Source of the DNA: Acidobacteriota bacterium
Lineage (GTDB): Bacteria > Acidobacteriota > Vicinamibacteria > Vicinamibacterales > CAVVIG01
Direction: 5' to 3'
Length of the DNA stretch: 64,000 bases
Assembly (NCBI GenBank): GCA_003222535.1
Contig: QHWJ01000336.1
Coordinates: 6,026-70,025, forward strand
Shown: positions 9,693-18,544 of the stretch, piece after piece
Layout of the letters: each line of letters starts with the position of its first letter
Position numbering within the stretch: position 1 is the first letter of the stretch
Translations under genes and position numbers: made by a program
Notes under the pieces: model-generated
Databases searched by the model: none
What the model saw: only the letters and a program-made list of their open reading frames with translations
Told to the model about the DNA's origin: nothing

Positions 9693-9731
9693 TTGACACG
9701 CTCAAACAGATGTTTTATACATTTGTTTGAG
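9693..9731 (+). promoter_or_regulatory. sigma70-like promoter with an overlapping 31-bp palindromic operator (candidate TetR site)
   Basis: TTGACA (9693-9698), a 17-nt spacer, then TATACA (9716-9721). The palindrome CTCAAACAGATGTTT-T-ATACATTTGTTTGAG (9701-9731) pairs at 13 of 15 positions. It is an AT-rich island 9 nt upstream of the HlyD-family gene. Confidence 0.5.
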
Positions 9732-9739
9732 ACCCGGTC

Positions 9740-10786
9740 ATGTCGCGCAAAAAAGCGGTGTTCCTCTTCATCCTGGTGGCGGCCGCCGGCGCCGGCACCT
9801 ACGCCTACAGGCGCATCCCGCCGGCCCCGCTCGTCCTGACCGGCATCGTCACCACCAATGACGTCATCGTCAGCTCGCAGATCGGCGGGCAGATCGGGCA
9901 GCTGCTCGTCGGCGAGGGCGACCCGGTCAAGAAAGACCAGCTGGTCGCCGTCATCGTCCCGGACGAGCTGCGGGCCGATACCGCGTACTTCAAACAGAAC
10001 GTGGAAGGCCTGTCGTCCCAGGTGCGCGAGTCGGAAGCGGCGCTCCGTTTCCAGCAGCGGCAGACCGCCGATCAGATCCGGCAGGCGGAGTCGACCCTCG
10101 CCTCGATCGAGTCGCAGGTGGATGCGGCGGCCGCCGATCTCGAGCACGCGCGCGTCACGTACACGCGGACGCAGAACCTGTCGAGACAGGGCGTGGTGTC
10201 GCCGCAGGACCTGGATCAGGCTCGCACGTCGTTCACGTCGGCGCAGGCGAAGCTTGACGCGCTGAAGCGGCAGGTCGAGGCGCAGCGCGCGACCGTCGCG
10301 CTCGCACGGTCCAACGCCGAGCAGGTGCTCATGAAGCGCAGCCAGGTGCAGACCAGCGAGCACATGCAGGCGGCCGCCTCGGCCCAGCGGGCGAAGGCCG
10401 ACGTCCGCCTGCGGTATACGGAGATTCATGCGCCGATCGACGGCCTGGTCGACGTCCGCGCGGCGCGCGTCGGCGAGGTCGTGAATCCCGGCCAGCCGAT
10501 CGTCACGCTGATCAACCCCGACGACCTGTGGGTCCGCGCCGATGTGGAGGAGAGCTACATCGACCGTGTGCGCGTCGGCGACAGGCTGACCGTGCGTCTG
10601 CCGTCCGGCGTCGAGCGCGAGGGCACGGTGTTCTACCGGGGCGCCGACGCGGCGTTTGCGACGCAGCGTGACGTCAGCCGCACGAAGCGCGACATCAAGA
10701 CGTTCGAGGTTCGGCTGCGCGTGGACAACCGGGACCGCCGCCTCGCCGTCGGCATGACCGCGTACGTGTTGCTGCCGGTGTCGTAG
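9740..10786 (+). CDS. HlyD-family efflux adaptor (periplasmic membrane-fusion protein)
   Basis: 348 aa with an N-terminal TM, a coiled-coil middle and a beta-barrel C-terminus (IHAPIDGLV, NPGQPIVTLI). Confidence 0.85.
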   Translation: MSRKKAVFLFILVAAAGAGTYAYRRIPPAPLVLTGIVTTNDVIVSSQIGGQIGQLLVGEGDPVKKDQLVAVIVPDELRADTAYFKQNVEGLSSQVRESEAALRFQQRQTADQIRQAESTLASIESQVDAAAADLEHARVTYTRTQNLSRQGVVSPQDLDQARTSFTSAQAKLDALKRQVEAQRATVALARSNAEQVLMKRSQVQTSEHMQAAASAQRAKADVRLRYTEIHAPIDGLVDVRAARVGEVVNPGQPIVTLINPDDLWVRADVEESYIDRVRVGDRLTVRLPSGVEREGTVFYRGADAAFATQRDVSRTKRDIKTFEVRLRVDNRDRRLAVGMTAYVLLPVS

Positions 10787-10799
10787 TGGTCGCCAGCGG

Positions 10800-10960
10800 C
10801 AGCTCTCAACGCTCACGTGTCAACTCTCAGCTGAGCAGTGAGACGTGAGACTTGAAGGGTGTCTCTCGTGGGCCCGGGTCTGCCGTCGTAGCCGTCGCCG
10901 CTGAAAGCGGTAGTCGGCACCGCCAAGCGGCAGTCGGCACCGCTAAAGCGGCGCCCTACG
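10800..10960. repeat. intra-operon repeat cluster: CTCAAC-type inverted repeat plus a REP-like hairpin cluster bounded by GTAG and CTAC
   Basis: GTAG (10888-10891), then CCGC-TGAAA-GCGG, then GGCACCGC-TAAA-GCGGCGCC followed by CTAC (10956-10959). Confidence 0.6.
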
Positions 10961-10979
10961 TGTGCCAGGCCGTGATCAT

Positions 10980-11969
10980 ATGAGCGCCATCGACGTCCGC
11001 CACATTGTCAAGAAGTTCGGCGACTTCACGGCCGTCAACGGCATCACCTTTGGCGTCGAGGAGGGCGAGATCTTCGGGCTGCTCGGGCCGAACGGCGCGG
11101 GCAAGTCCACCCTGATCCGCATGCTCGTGACGCTGCTGCCGCCGACGTCGGGGACCGCGATCGTCAACGGATTCGACGTGGTGAAGCAGGCCGACGGCGT
11201 GCGGTGCTCGATCGGGGTCATTCCGCAGGCGATGACCAGCGATCTCGAGCTGAGCGTCGTGGAAAACCTGATCATCTTCGCGAAGCTGTACGGCGTGCCG
11301 CGCGCGAAGCGCGAGAAGCTGATCGACACCCTGCTCGAGGCCGTCGAGCTGACCGGGTGGCGCGACGCCCAGGTGAAGAACCTGTCCGGCGGCATGCGCC
11401 GGCGCGTCGAAATCGCGCGCGGCCTCGTGCACGAGCCGCGCATTTTCTTTCTGGACGAGCCCACGACCGGCCTGGACCCGGTATCGCGCGTCAACGTGTG
11501 GGAGATGCTCCGGAAGATCAAGAACGAGCGCAACCTGACGATCCTGATCACGACCCATTACATGGACGAGGCCGACAAGCTCTGCGATCGGATCGCGATC
11601 GTCGATCACGGCGATCTGAAGGCGCTCGACTCGCCACTGACGCTGAAGGCGTCGATTCCCGGCAAGAACTCCCTCGAGGTCAGCTTCTCGGCAACGCCGC
11701 CGGCCTGGCAGGAGCGGCTGAGCGGCTTGCCCGGCGTGGAGAGCGTCGCCGCTCACGACACTGTGTTCCGGATCGCGACGGGCAACGGCCCGGCGACCAC
11801 GCTCGCGCTGATGGAAGCGGCAGCCGACGCGGGAATCGCGGTGCAGTCGCTTTCGGTCCAGAGCACGACGCTCGACGATGTGTTCGTGCACTACACCGGC
11901 CGCGCGCTGCGCGACGCGCTGCAGGAAGCCAACCCGCTCGACCGTGGCCCCCTGCTGCGGCGCGCGTAA
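10980..11969 (+). CDS. ABC transporter ATP-binding protein (ABC-2/DrrA-like)
   Basis: Walker A GPNGAGKST, signature LSGGMRRRV, Walker B FFLDEPTTGLD. Start taken at MSAIDVRHIVKKFG. Confidence 0.9.
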   Translation: MSAIDVRHIVKKFGDFTAVNGITFGVEEGEIFGLLGPNGAGKSTLIRMLVTLLPPTSGTAIVNGFDVVKQADGVRCSIGVIPQAMTSDLELSVVENLIIFAKLYGVPRAKREKLIDTLLEAVELTGWRDAQVKNLSGGMRRRVEIARGLVHEPRIFFLDEPTTGLDPVSRVNVWEMLRKIKNERNLTILITTHYMDEADKLCDRIAIVDHGDLKALDSPLTLKASIPGKNSLEVSFSATPPAWQERLSGLPGVESVAAHDTVFRIATGNGPATTLALMEAAADAGIAVQSLSVQSTTLDDVFVHYTGRALRDALQEANPLDRGPLLRRA

Positions 11970-12004
11970 CACGACGAACGTCGAACGACGAACGGTGAAC
12001 GAAA

Positions 12005-13008
12005 ATGGGAAGAACCTGGGCGATCATCGAACGTGAGCTGCGGCGCTTCCGGCGAAGCCCGGTCCTCATCGCCATCTCGATGGTGATGCCGATCGTCCAG
12101 CTCGTCGTGCTCGGCTATGCCTTCGGCGGCAACGTCAAACACCTGAAGCTCGCCATCGTCGATCAGGATCACGGCGTGCCGGCGGTCCGGGTGCGCGAGC
12201 TGGCGTCGGCGGCTTCGTCCGGCGCGCACACGATCGACACGATCGATTACGTCGATCAGGGGCAGGCGGTTGCGGACCTGCGGAACGGGCGCGTGAACGG
12301 CGTCCTGACGATCCCGCCCGAGTTCTCGCGGCGCGTCCTCGCGCGGAACGAGCCGCGCGTCGCGCTCATCGAGGACAACACCGACGGCTTCGTCTCCGTC
12401 GCGCTGGCGGGGACGCTCGGCGGCATGCTCGCCGCCTACAGCCAGCCGGCGAAGGCGCCGCGGATTGGCGGCCAGGCGTCGCTGGACGTCGTGGAGATCT
12501 ACCCGTACGTGCCGTACGTGCAATATCTGCTGCCGGGATCGGTCGTCATGTCGATTTTCATGATGGTGATGATCGGCGGCGGCATTATCTTCATCGACGA
12601 CAAGGCGCGCGGGCTGCACGAGGGCTACCTCGTGACGCCCATCAAGAAGCTCGAGCTCGTCGCCGGCTTCAACATCTCCGGCACGATCAAGGCGGTGCTG
12701 GCGGGGATGTTCCTGCTGATCATCGGATCGGTCATCGCGGGGATTCCGAACGCTTTCGATGCGGTCCGTCTGTTCCGATTGTTCGTGGTCGTGGTCGTCA
12801 CCGCGTTCGCGCTGATTAGCCTGATGTTCCTGCTGATGGTCCGCGTGAGCGACCCGATGCTGCCGCGCGCCGTCTTCGGCACGCGTTCAAGTGCCTGCTG
12901 CTCAAGAACACCGGCTTCGCGGCGATCGGCTACGACCTGACGTTCCTGGGCATCTTCTCGGTGGTCGCCCTCACCGCGGCGACGAGCCTCTTCAAGCGGA
13001 CGCTATGA
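12005..13008 (+). pseudogene. ABC-2 type transporter permease with an internal out-of-frame deletion near 12880
   Basis: The N-terminal 292 aa read normally up to ...DPMLPRAVFG. The conserved C-terminus HAFKCLLLKNTGFAAIGYDLTFLGIFSVVALTAATSLFKRTL* is in the -1 frame (12880-13008). By my memory of the family, about 35 aa are missing between the two parts. Confidence 0.6.
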
Positions 13009-13745
13009 CGACGCGCCGGCCCGTGGGGGCGCACGCCCGTCTCCGCCCGCGGAAAGCGCCGGGACCGAGACCGGTCCCCACGACGCCGGCGGTGACGGCC
13101 GATCAGGAAACCCGCGGACGGCTGCTGATGGCGGCCGAGCGGCTCTTCGCCGATCGCGGGTTCAAGAAGGTCACCGTGCGAGAAATCTGCCGGGCGGCGC
13201 GCGCCAACGTCGCGGCCGTCAACTATCACTTCGGCGACAAACTGGGGCTGTACCGCGAGGTGCTTCAGTCGGCGATCGACGCGATGCGCGCGACCAACGA
13301 CGCCGCGCGCAGGGCCGGCGAGGGGCAGACCGCGGAGGAGCAGCTCCGCCGGTACATTGTCATCTTCGTCCACCGCGTCCTCGCCTCCGGGCACGACACC
13401 GTCCACAAGCTGATTCATCGCGAGATCAACGATCCGACTCCTGCGCTCGACGCGCTCGTCGAGCAGGGCGTGCGCCCGCGCGTCGAGTACCTGTCCGGTC
13501 TCATCGCCGAGATCATCGGGTGTGCGCCGTCGGACGAGCGCGTGCTCCGGTGCGTCGCCAGCGTGCAGACGCAGTCGATTGCGTACCTGCCGAATCCGAT
13601 CGCCGGGCGTCTCGGCCTGACGTTCAAGCCCACGGCCGCGCACCTCGACGAGCTGGCGGACCATATCGCGGAGTTCTCGCTGGCGGGAGTCCGCGCGGTC
13701 GGCCACTCGGGTCACGCCCGTCGACCACGGGCCGCCCGGACGTAG
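13005..13745 (+). CDS. TetR/AcrR family transcriptional regulator
   Basis: HTH segment FKKVTVREICRAARANVAAVNYHFGDKLGLY. The ATG overlaps the stop of the permease C-terminal frame (ATGA). Confidence 0.85.
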   Translation: MTTRRPVGAHARLRPRKAPGPRPVPTTPAVTADQETRGRLLMAAERLFADRGFKKVTVREICRAARANVAAVNYHFGDKLGLYREVLQSAIDAMRATNDAARRAGEGQTAEEQLRRYIVIFVHRVLASGHDTVHKLIHREINDPTPALDALVEQGVRPRVEYLSGLIAEIIGCAPSDERVLRCVASVQTQSIAYLPNPIAGRLGLTFKPTAAHLDELADHIAEFSLAGVRAVGHSGHARRPRAART

Positions 13746-13779
13746 AGCTCGCTTCAAGGCTCGGTTCCCGACGCCGTGC

Positions 13780-13812
13780 TTGATCGCGTCAATGTAAGAT
13801 AGTATCTTACAT
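13780..13812 (+). promoter_or_regulatory. candidate vapBC promoter/operator
   Basis: Perfect palindrome ATGTAAGATA-G-TATCTTACAT (13792-13812), 3 nt upstream of vapB. TTGATC at 13780-13785 could be a -35 element. Confidence 0.4.
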
Positions 13813-13815
13813 ACG

Positions 13816-14046
13816 ATGAAGACCACGGTGTCCTCAAAGGGTCAGATCGTGCTGCCCGCCGAGCTGCGTCAACAGGATCGCATTGAAGCAGGACAGGAAT
13901 TCGAAGTCGAACGCCTCGACCGCGGCGAGTATCGGCTCGTCCGGCGCTCCGCTCCGGCGAATGAGGGCGTCGTCGACTGGCTGCTTGCGTGTCCTGAGAA
14001 GGGGTTCTTCGTCCCGATTGAATCTGAGTCGACCGACACGTTGTGA
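13816..14046 (+). CDS. vapB: AbrB/SpoVT-type antitoxin VapB
   Basis: MKTTVSSKGQIVLPAELRQ is the typical SpoVT-AbrB swapped-hairpin motif. 76 aa. Overlaps vapC by 4 nt. Confidence 0.8.
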   Translation: MKTTVSSKGQIVLPAELRQQDRIEAGQEFEVERLDRGEYRLVRRSAPANEGVVDWLLACPEKGFFVPIESESTDTL

Positions 14047-14456
14047 CGTACCTGGTCGACGCCAACATCCTGAGTGAGCCTACGAAGTCGTCGCCGAACG
14101 GAAAGGTCGTCGAGTGGCTCCGTTTCCACGAGCGCGACATCGCCGTCGATCCCGTCATTCTCGGTGAAGTTCGGTTCGGCATTCTCCTTCTACCAAAGGG
14201 AAAGCGCCGAGCCAGGCTCGAGCGGTGGTTCGACGCTGGAGTGCGGCGCCTCTACTGTCTGCCGTGGGAGGCGGAGACGGGTCTCAGGTGGGCCGAGCTG
14301 CTCGCCCGTCTTCGCAGGTCCGGCCGTGCCATGCCAATCAAAGACAGCCTCATCGCCGCGACGGCTCTTGTCCACGGGCTGGTCGTGGCTACGCGCAATC
14401 GCGCCGACTTCGAGAAGGCGGGCGTCAAGATCGTCGATCCGTTTGCGGCAGGGTGA
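14043..14456 (+). CDS. vapC: PIN-domain toxin VapC
   Basis: YLVDANIL at the N-terminus, then ...DSLIAATALVHGLVVATRNRADF. 137 aa. Confidence 0.85.
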   Translation: MTYLVDANILSEPTKSSPNGKVVEWLRFHERDIAVDPVILGEVRFGILLLPKGKRRARLERWFDAGVRRLYCLPWEAETGLRWAELLARLRRSGRAMPIKDSLIAATALVHGLVVATRNRADFEKAGVKIVDPFAAG

Positions 14457-14623
14457 CGCCAGCTCGTTTTGCGCTTTCCGCGCGTCGATCCGCGCGTGTG
14501 CCCAATCGCATCACGTGATATGTGTTGCTGCAGCTGAACGGGGTCAAGCGTTCTTCCGGCAGTCGGTGAAGGATCTGTGTCTGCAGTCTCGGTGTCCGCC
14601 AGTCCATCAGCTACACTGGCGAC

Positions 14624-15769
14624 ATGGCGCCACTGGACGGTTTGCGAGTGATCGATCTCACGCGGGTTGTGGCCGGTCCGTTCTGCACGATGATGCTCGG
14701 CGACATGGGCGCCGAGGTGCTCAAGATCGAGGAGCCGGAACACGGCGATGATTCCCGCGGGTGGGCGCCGTTCATCGCCGGCACAGGCAGCTTCTACCTG
14801 GCGCTCAACCGCAGCAAGAAAAGCGTCGCGCTCGATCTGAAGGCGCCCGAGGGCGCGGCGGCGCTCAGGCGGCTCATCGAGACCGCGGATGTGCTGATCG
14901 AAAGCTTCCGGCCGGGCAGCCTGGCGGAGCTCGGGTTCGATTACGACGCCATGTCCGCCTTGAACCCGCGGTTGATCTACTGTTCGATTTCCGGCTACGG
15001 GCAGACCGGACCGGCCGCCGAGCTTCCCGGCTACGATGCGGTCATCCAGGGTGAGGCCGGCATCATGGACATGACCGGCTTTCCCGACGGCGCGCCGACG
15101 CGTGTCGGTGTCGCCATCACCGACTACCTCGCGGGGCTCTACGCCATTCAAGGGATCCTGCTGGCGCTGACCGATCGACAGAAGAGCGGCCTCGGTCAAC
15201 GCGTGGACATCGCACTGTTCGAGGCGATGTTGTCGGTGATGCGGCTGCCGCTCTCGGTGCTGCTGGCGACCGGCGCGACGCCGAGCCGCGTCGGCAACGA
15301 TCACCTGAACATCGCGCCGTACGAGCCGCTGCGCGCGCAGGATGGTCTCATCATCGTTGCCGTCGCGAACCCCGGCCTGTGGGGCCGGTTCTGCGACGCC
15401 ATCGAGCGGCCGGCTCTGCGCGACGATCCGCGCTTCAGGACGAACACCGACCGCGTGGTGAATCGAGATGCGCTGAAGCACGAGATCGAGACGGTCTTTC
15501 GGGGCCTGACCGTTCAGGAGCTCACCAGGCGTTTCGAGGCGAAGAACGTGCCCTGCGGCCGCGTGCGATCGATCAGTGAGGCGCTCGAGCATCCGCAGGT
15601 GGCCGCGCGTGAGGTGCTGATGGTTCAGCAGCATCCCCAGGTCGGGAACGTGGAGACGCTCGCTCCGGTGATCAGGCTGTCGCGCACACCCGCGGAGGTC
15701 CGGCTTCCGCCGCCCGCGCTGGGCGAGCACACGGCGGAGGTTCTGGCCGTCGCGGACAGGCACCGCTGA
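14624..15769 (+). CDS. CaiB/BaiF family III CoA-transferase
   Basis: LDGLRVIDLTRVVAGPFCTMMLGDMGAEVLKIE. 381 aa. Confidence 0.9.
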   Translation: MAPLDGLRVIDLTRVVAGPFCTMMLGDMGAEVLKIEEPEHGDDSRGWAPFIAGTGSFYLALNRSKKSVALDLKAPEGAAALRRLIETADVLIESFRPGSLAELGFDYDAMSALNPRLIYCSISGYGQTGPAAELPGYDAVIQGEAGIMDMTGFPDGAPTRVGVAITDYLAGLYAIQGILLALTDRQKSGLGQRVDIALFEAMLSVMRLPLSVLLATGATPSRVGNDHLNIAPYEPLRAQDGLIIVAVANPGLWGRFCDAIERPALRDDPRFRTNTDRVVNRDALKHEIETVFRGLTVQELTRRFEAKNVPCGRVRSISEALEHPQVAAREVLMVQQHPQVGNVETLAPVIRLSRTPAEVRLPPPALGEHTAEVLAVADRHR

Positions 15770-15835
15770 AGCGGCGCCCCACGCACGCTCCGAAGCGGCG
15801 CCCCACGCACGGGCACCGCTGAAACGGCGCCGGCG
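15759..15835. repeat. REP-like hairpin cluster (3 units)
   Basis: GGCACCGC-TGAA-GCGGCGCC followed by CCAC, repeated with variants. The TGA stop of the CoA-transferase (15767-15769) lies in the first hairpin loop. Confidence 0.65.
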
Positions 15836-15855
15836 GTCGCGGGTATGATGACGCC

Positions 15856-16638
15856 GTGTTTCAACCCAACCTGCTCGGGAACCGCGTCGCCCTGATCACC
15901 GGCGGCGGCACCGGCATCTGCCGCGGAATCGCGCTGGCGTTCGCGAGGCACGGCTGCGACGTCGCCATCACCAGCCGCAAGCTGGAACATCTCGAGCCGA
16001 CCCGGGACGAGCTGCGCGCGCTCGGCGTGCGCGTGGTCGCGAGGGCCGCCGATGTCCGCGATCCTGCCGCGGTCAACGACGCCGTTGCGGCAGTCGTGTC
16101 CGAGCTGGGCCGGCTCGACATCCTGATCAACGGCGCCGCCGGCAACTTCATCTGCCTGGCCGAGAATCTTTCACCGAACGGTTTCGGCACGGTCGTCGAC
16201 ATCGATCTGAAAGGAACGTTCAATGCGTCGCGCGCCGCGCTGCCGCATTTGAAAGCGCGGGGCGGATCGGTGATCAACATCAGCGCCACGCTCCCGTATC
16301 TCGGGACGATGGGACAGGCGCACGCGTCGGCGGCGAAAGCGGGCGTCGATTCGCTGACGCGCACGCTTGCGGTCGAGTGGGGACCGTACGGCATCCGCGT
16401 GAACGGCATCGCGCCGGGACCGATTGAAGGCACCGAAGGCGTGCGCCGCCTCACGAACGAGAAGTCGCGCGAGGTGGCACTTCGGCTGTGTCCGCTCCGC
16501 CGGCTGGGCACGGTCGACGATATCGCCAACGCGTCGCTCTATCTCGCGTCGGACGCCGCCTCCTACGTCAACGGCGTCACGCTGGTCGTGGACGGCGGCC
16601 TGTGGCTGCGATCGGCGCGGATTCTTGGTGAGGAATGA
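15856..16638 (+). CDS. SDR family oxidoreductase (dienoyl-/enoyl-CoA reductase-like)
   Basis: ITGGGTGICRGIA cofactor motif. 260 aa. GTG start. Confidence 0.85.
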   Translation: MFQPNLLGNRVALITGGGTGICRGIALAFARHGCDVAITSRKLEHLEPTRDELRALGVRVVARAADVRDPAAVNDAVAAVVSELGRLDILINGAAGNFICLAENLSPNGFGTVVDIDLKGTFNASRAALPHLKARGGSVINISATLPYLGTMGQAHASAAKAGVDSLTRTLAVEWGPYGIRVNGIAPGPIEGTEGVRRLTNEKSREVALRLCPLRRLGTVDDIANASLYLASDAASYVNGVTLVVDGGLWLRSARILGEE

Positions 16639-16755
16639 CGCGCCGGCCCGGCATCCGTAATCTGCGCCGCGTGACGATGCGGATCGATCCGACGCTCGAC
16701 GCGTCGGCGCCGCTGCCGACGCAGGCGCGCGTCACGTCCGGCTGCTCTTCCCGGA

Positions 16756-17241
16756 TCAAGTCTGCCTCTGCGGTACGTGACCGCGTTTCCAGACCATGAA
16801 GCTTCGCGAGAACTCGATGACCGGTGTGCCGTCCTGGTTGACGCCGGTCGTCTTGACGCGGACGATGCCGACGTTGGGGCGCGAAGTCGAGTCGCGCGTC
16901 TCGAGAACCTCGCTTCTCGAGTAGATCGTGTCGCCCTCGAAGACCGGATGCGGCAGGATGACGTCGTCCCAGCCAAGGTTCGCCACGCCGTTCACGGTGA
17001 GGTCGATCACCGATTGACCGGTCACGAGCGACAGCGTGAAGCAGGAATTCACGAGCCGCTTCTTGAACTGAGTCCGGGCCGCGTGCTCGCTGTCGAAGTG
17101 AATCGGGTTCGTGTTCATCGTCAGACACGTGAACCAGATGTTGTCCGCATCGATGATCGTGCGCCCGAGCGGATGCTCGTAGATGTCGCCGACGGTGAAG
17201 TCTTCGAACACGCGGCCGGTCCAGCCCTGTACGATGGCCAT
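16756..17241 (-). CDS. MaoC-family (R)-hydratase/dehydratase
   Basis: Hot-dog fold signature ...NPIHFDSEHAARTQF... 161 aa. Directly abuts the upstream CoA-transferase. Confidence 0.85.
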   Translation of the reverse strand: MAIVQGWTGRVFEDFTVGDIYEHPLGRTIIDADNIWFTCLTMNTNPIHFDSEHAARTQFKKRLVNSCFTLSLVTGQSVIDLTVNGVANLGWDDVILPHPVFEGDTIYSRSEVLETRDSTSRPNVGIVRVKTTGVNQDGTPVIEFSRSFMVWKRGHVPQRQT

Positions 17242-18426
17242 TCAGATCACTCCCTCCATGCGCCACGCCGCGACGGCGTCGCGCGCCATGCCCAGCTCCT
17301 CGAGAATCGCGTCGGTGTGCTGGCCCAGCGCGGGCACGGCGCCCATCACCGGCTCGACGCCGTCCATCCGTACCGGGGGAACGATGGCGCGCAGCGGGCC
17401 GGCCGGCGATTCGATGTCCCGCCAGCAGTCGCGCTGCGCGAGCTGCGGATGGTCGAGGAGATCGGCGACAGAATTCAGGCGCGCCCAGGCGATGCGCGCC
17501 GACTCGAGCCGCCCGATGACGTCGCCCGTCGAGAGCGTCGAGAACGCCGATTCGATGGCGTCGTGGAGCGCGCGGCGGTTCTTCACGCGCAGCGGGTTCG
17601 TCCTGAACCGCTCGTCGACTGCCAGCTCCGGCCGGCGGAGGACGTCGGCGCAGAACCTGGCCCACTCGCGCGCGTGCTGGATGCCGAGCGTCACGTGGCC
17701 GCCGTCGCCCGCCCGGAACGGCCCGTACGGCGCGATCGACGCATGGTTGGGCCCGCTAGGCGAAAGCGGCGCTCCGCCGTACCCGGTGTAATACGCCGGC
17801 TGCGCCATCCATTCGGTGAGCGCATCGAACAGCGAGATCTCGAGCGACGCGCCGAGGCCGGTGGCCGTTCGCGCGAGCAGCGCCGTGAGGATGCCGGAGT
17901 ACGCGTACATGCCCGCCGCGATGTCGGCGACCGAGATGCCGGCTTTCGCCGGAGCGTCCTCGGTGCCGGTGATCGAAATCAGGCCGGCCTCGCTCTGCAC
18001 CAGCAGGTCGTAGGCTTTCTTCCGGGCATACGGGCCGGACGATCCGTAGCCCGACACGCTGCACGCGATCAGGCGCGGGTGCCGCTCGCGCAACACGCCG
18101 GGCGCCGTACCGAGCCGGTCCGCCGCGCCGGGCGCCAGGTTCTGCACGAAGACGTCCGCGCGGTCGATCAGTCGAGCGAAGACGCCGGCCGCTTCAGGAC
18201 GCGTCAGATCGAGCGTCAGCGATTCCTTCGACCGGTTCAACCAGACGAAGCTGCTCGAGAGCCCCTTGACCGTCGTGTCGTAGCCGCGCGCGAAGTCGCC
18301 GCCGTCGGGCCGCTCGATCTTGATCACGCGCGCGCCCAGATCGGCAAGCTGACGCGTCGCGAACGGCGCGGCCACGGCCTGCTCGATCGCGACGACGGTG
18401 ATGTCTTGCAAAGGACGCATCGTCAT
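17242..18426 (-). CDS. CaiB/BaiF family III CoA-transferase
   Basis: ITVVAIEQAVAAPFATRQLADLGARVIKIERP. Start placed at MTMRPLQ (18426) because the first 10 codons of the listed ORF are a REP-like element. Confidence 0.85.
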   Translation of the reverse strand: MTMRPLQDITVVAIEQAVAAPFATRQLADLGARVIKIERPDGGDFARGYDTTVKGLSSSFVWLNRSKESLTLDLTRPEAAGVFARLIDRADVFVQNLAPGAADRLGTAPGVLRERHPRLIACSVSGYGSSGPYARKKAYDLLVQSEAGLISITGTEDAPAKAGISVADIAAGMYAYSGILTALLARTATGLGASLEISLFDALTEWMAQPAYYTGYGGAPLSPSGPNHASIAPYGPFRAGDGGHVTLGIQHAREWARFCADVLRRPELAVDERFRTNPLRVKNRRALHDAIESAFSTLSTGDVIGRLESARIAWARLNSVADLLDHPQLAQRDCWRDIESPAGPLRAIVPPVRMDGVEPVMGAVPALGQHTDAILEELGMARDAVAAWRMEGVI

Positions 18427-18428
18427 TG

Positions 18429-18457
18429 CCGCTCGGCTGAAGCCTTCGCGCTCCACC
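18429..18457. repeat. REP-like element (family CGCTCGGC-YRAA-GCCTTCGCGCT)
   Basis: CCGCTCGGCTGAAGCCTTCGCGCTCCAC. Near-identical cores occur at 45179-45203 and 63395-63421. Confidence 0.6.
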
Positions 18458-18544
18458 CGGAGATCATCGCCCCCTGGCTCCAGATGACCAACACCGAGGT
18501 GAGGTCGAGGCTCCCCGGATCGATCGGCGGGTTCTTGCCGCTCG

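Noticed and set aside
14511-14520. Palindrome ATCACGTGAT upstream of the CoA-transferase gene as a regulator site.
   Set aside because: It is only 10 bp, with no partner motif and no adjacent regulator gene. It could occur by chance.
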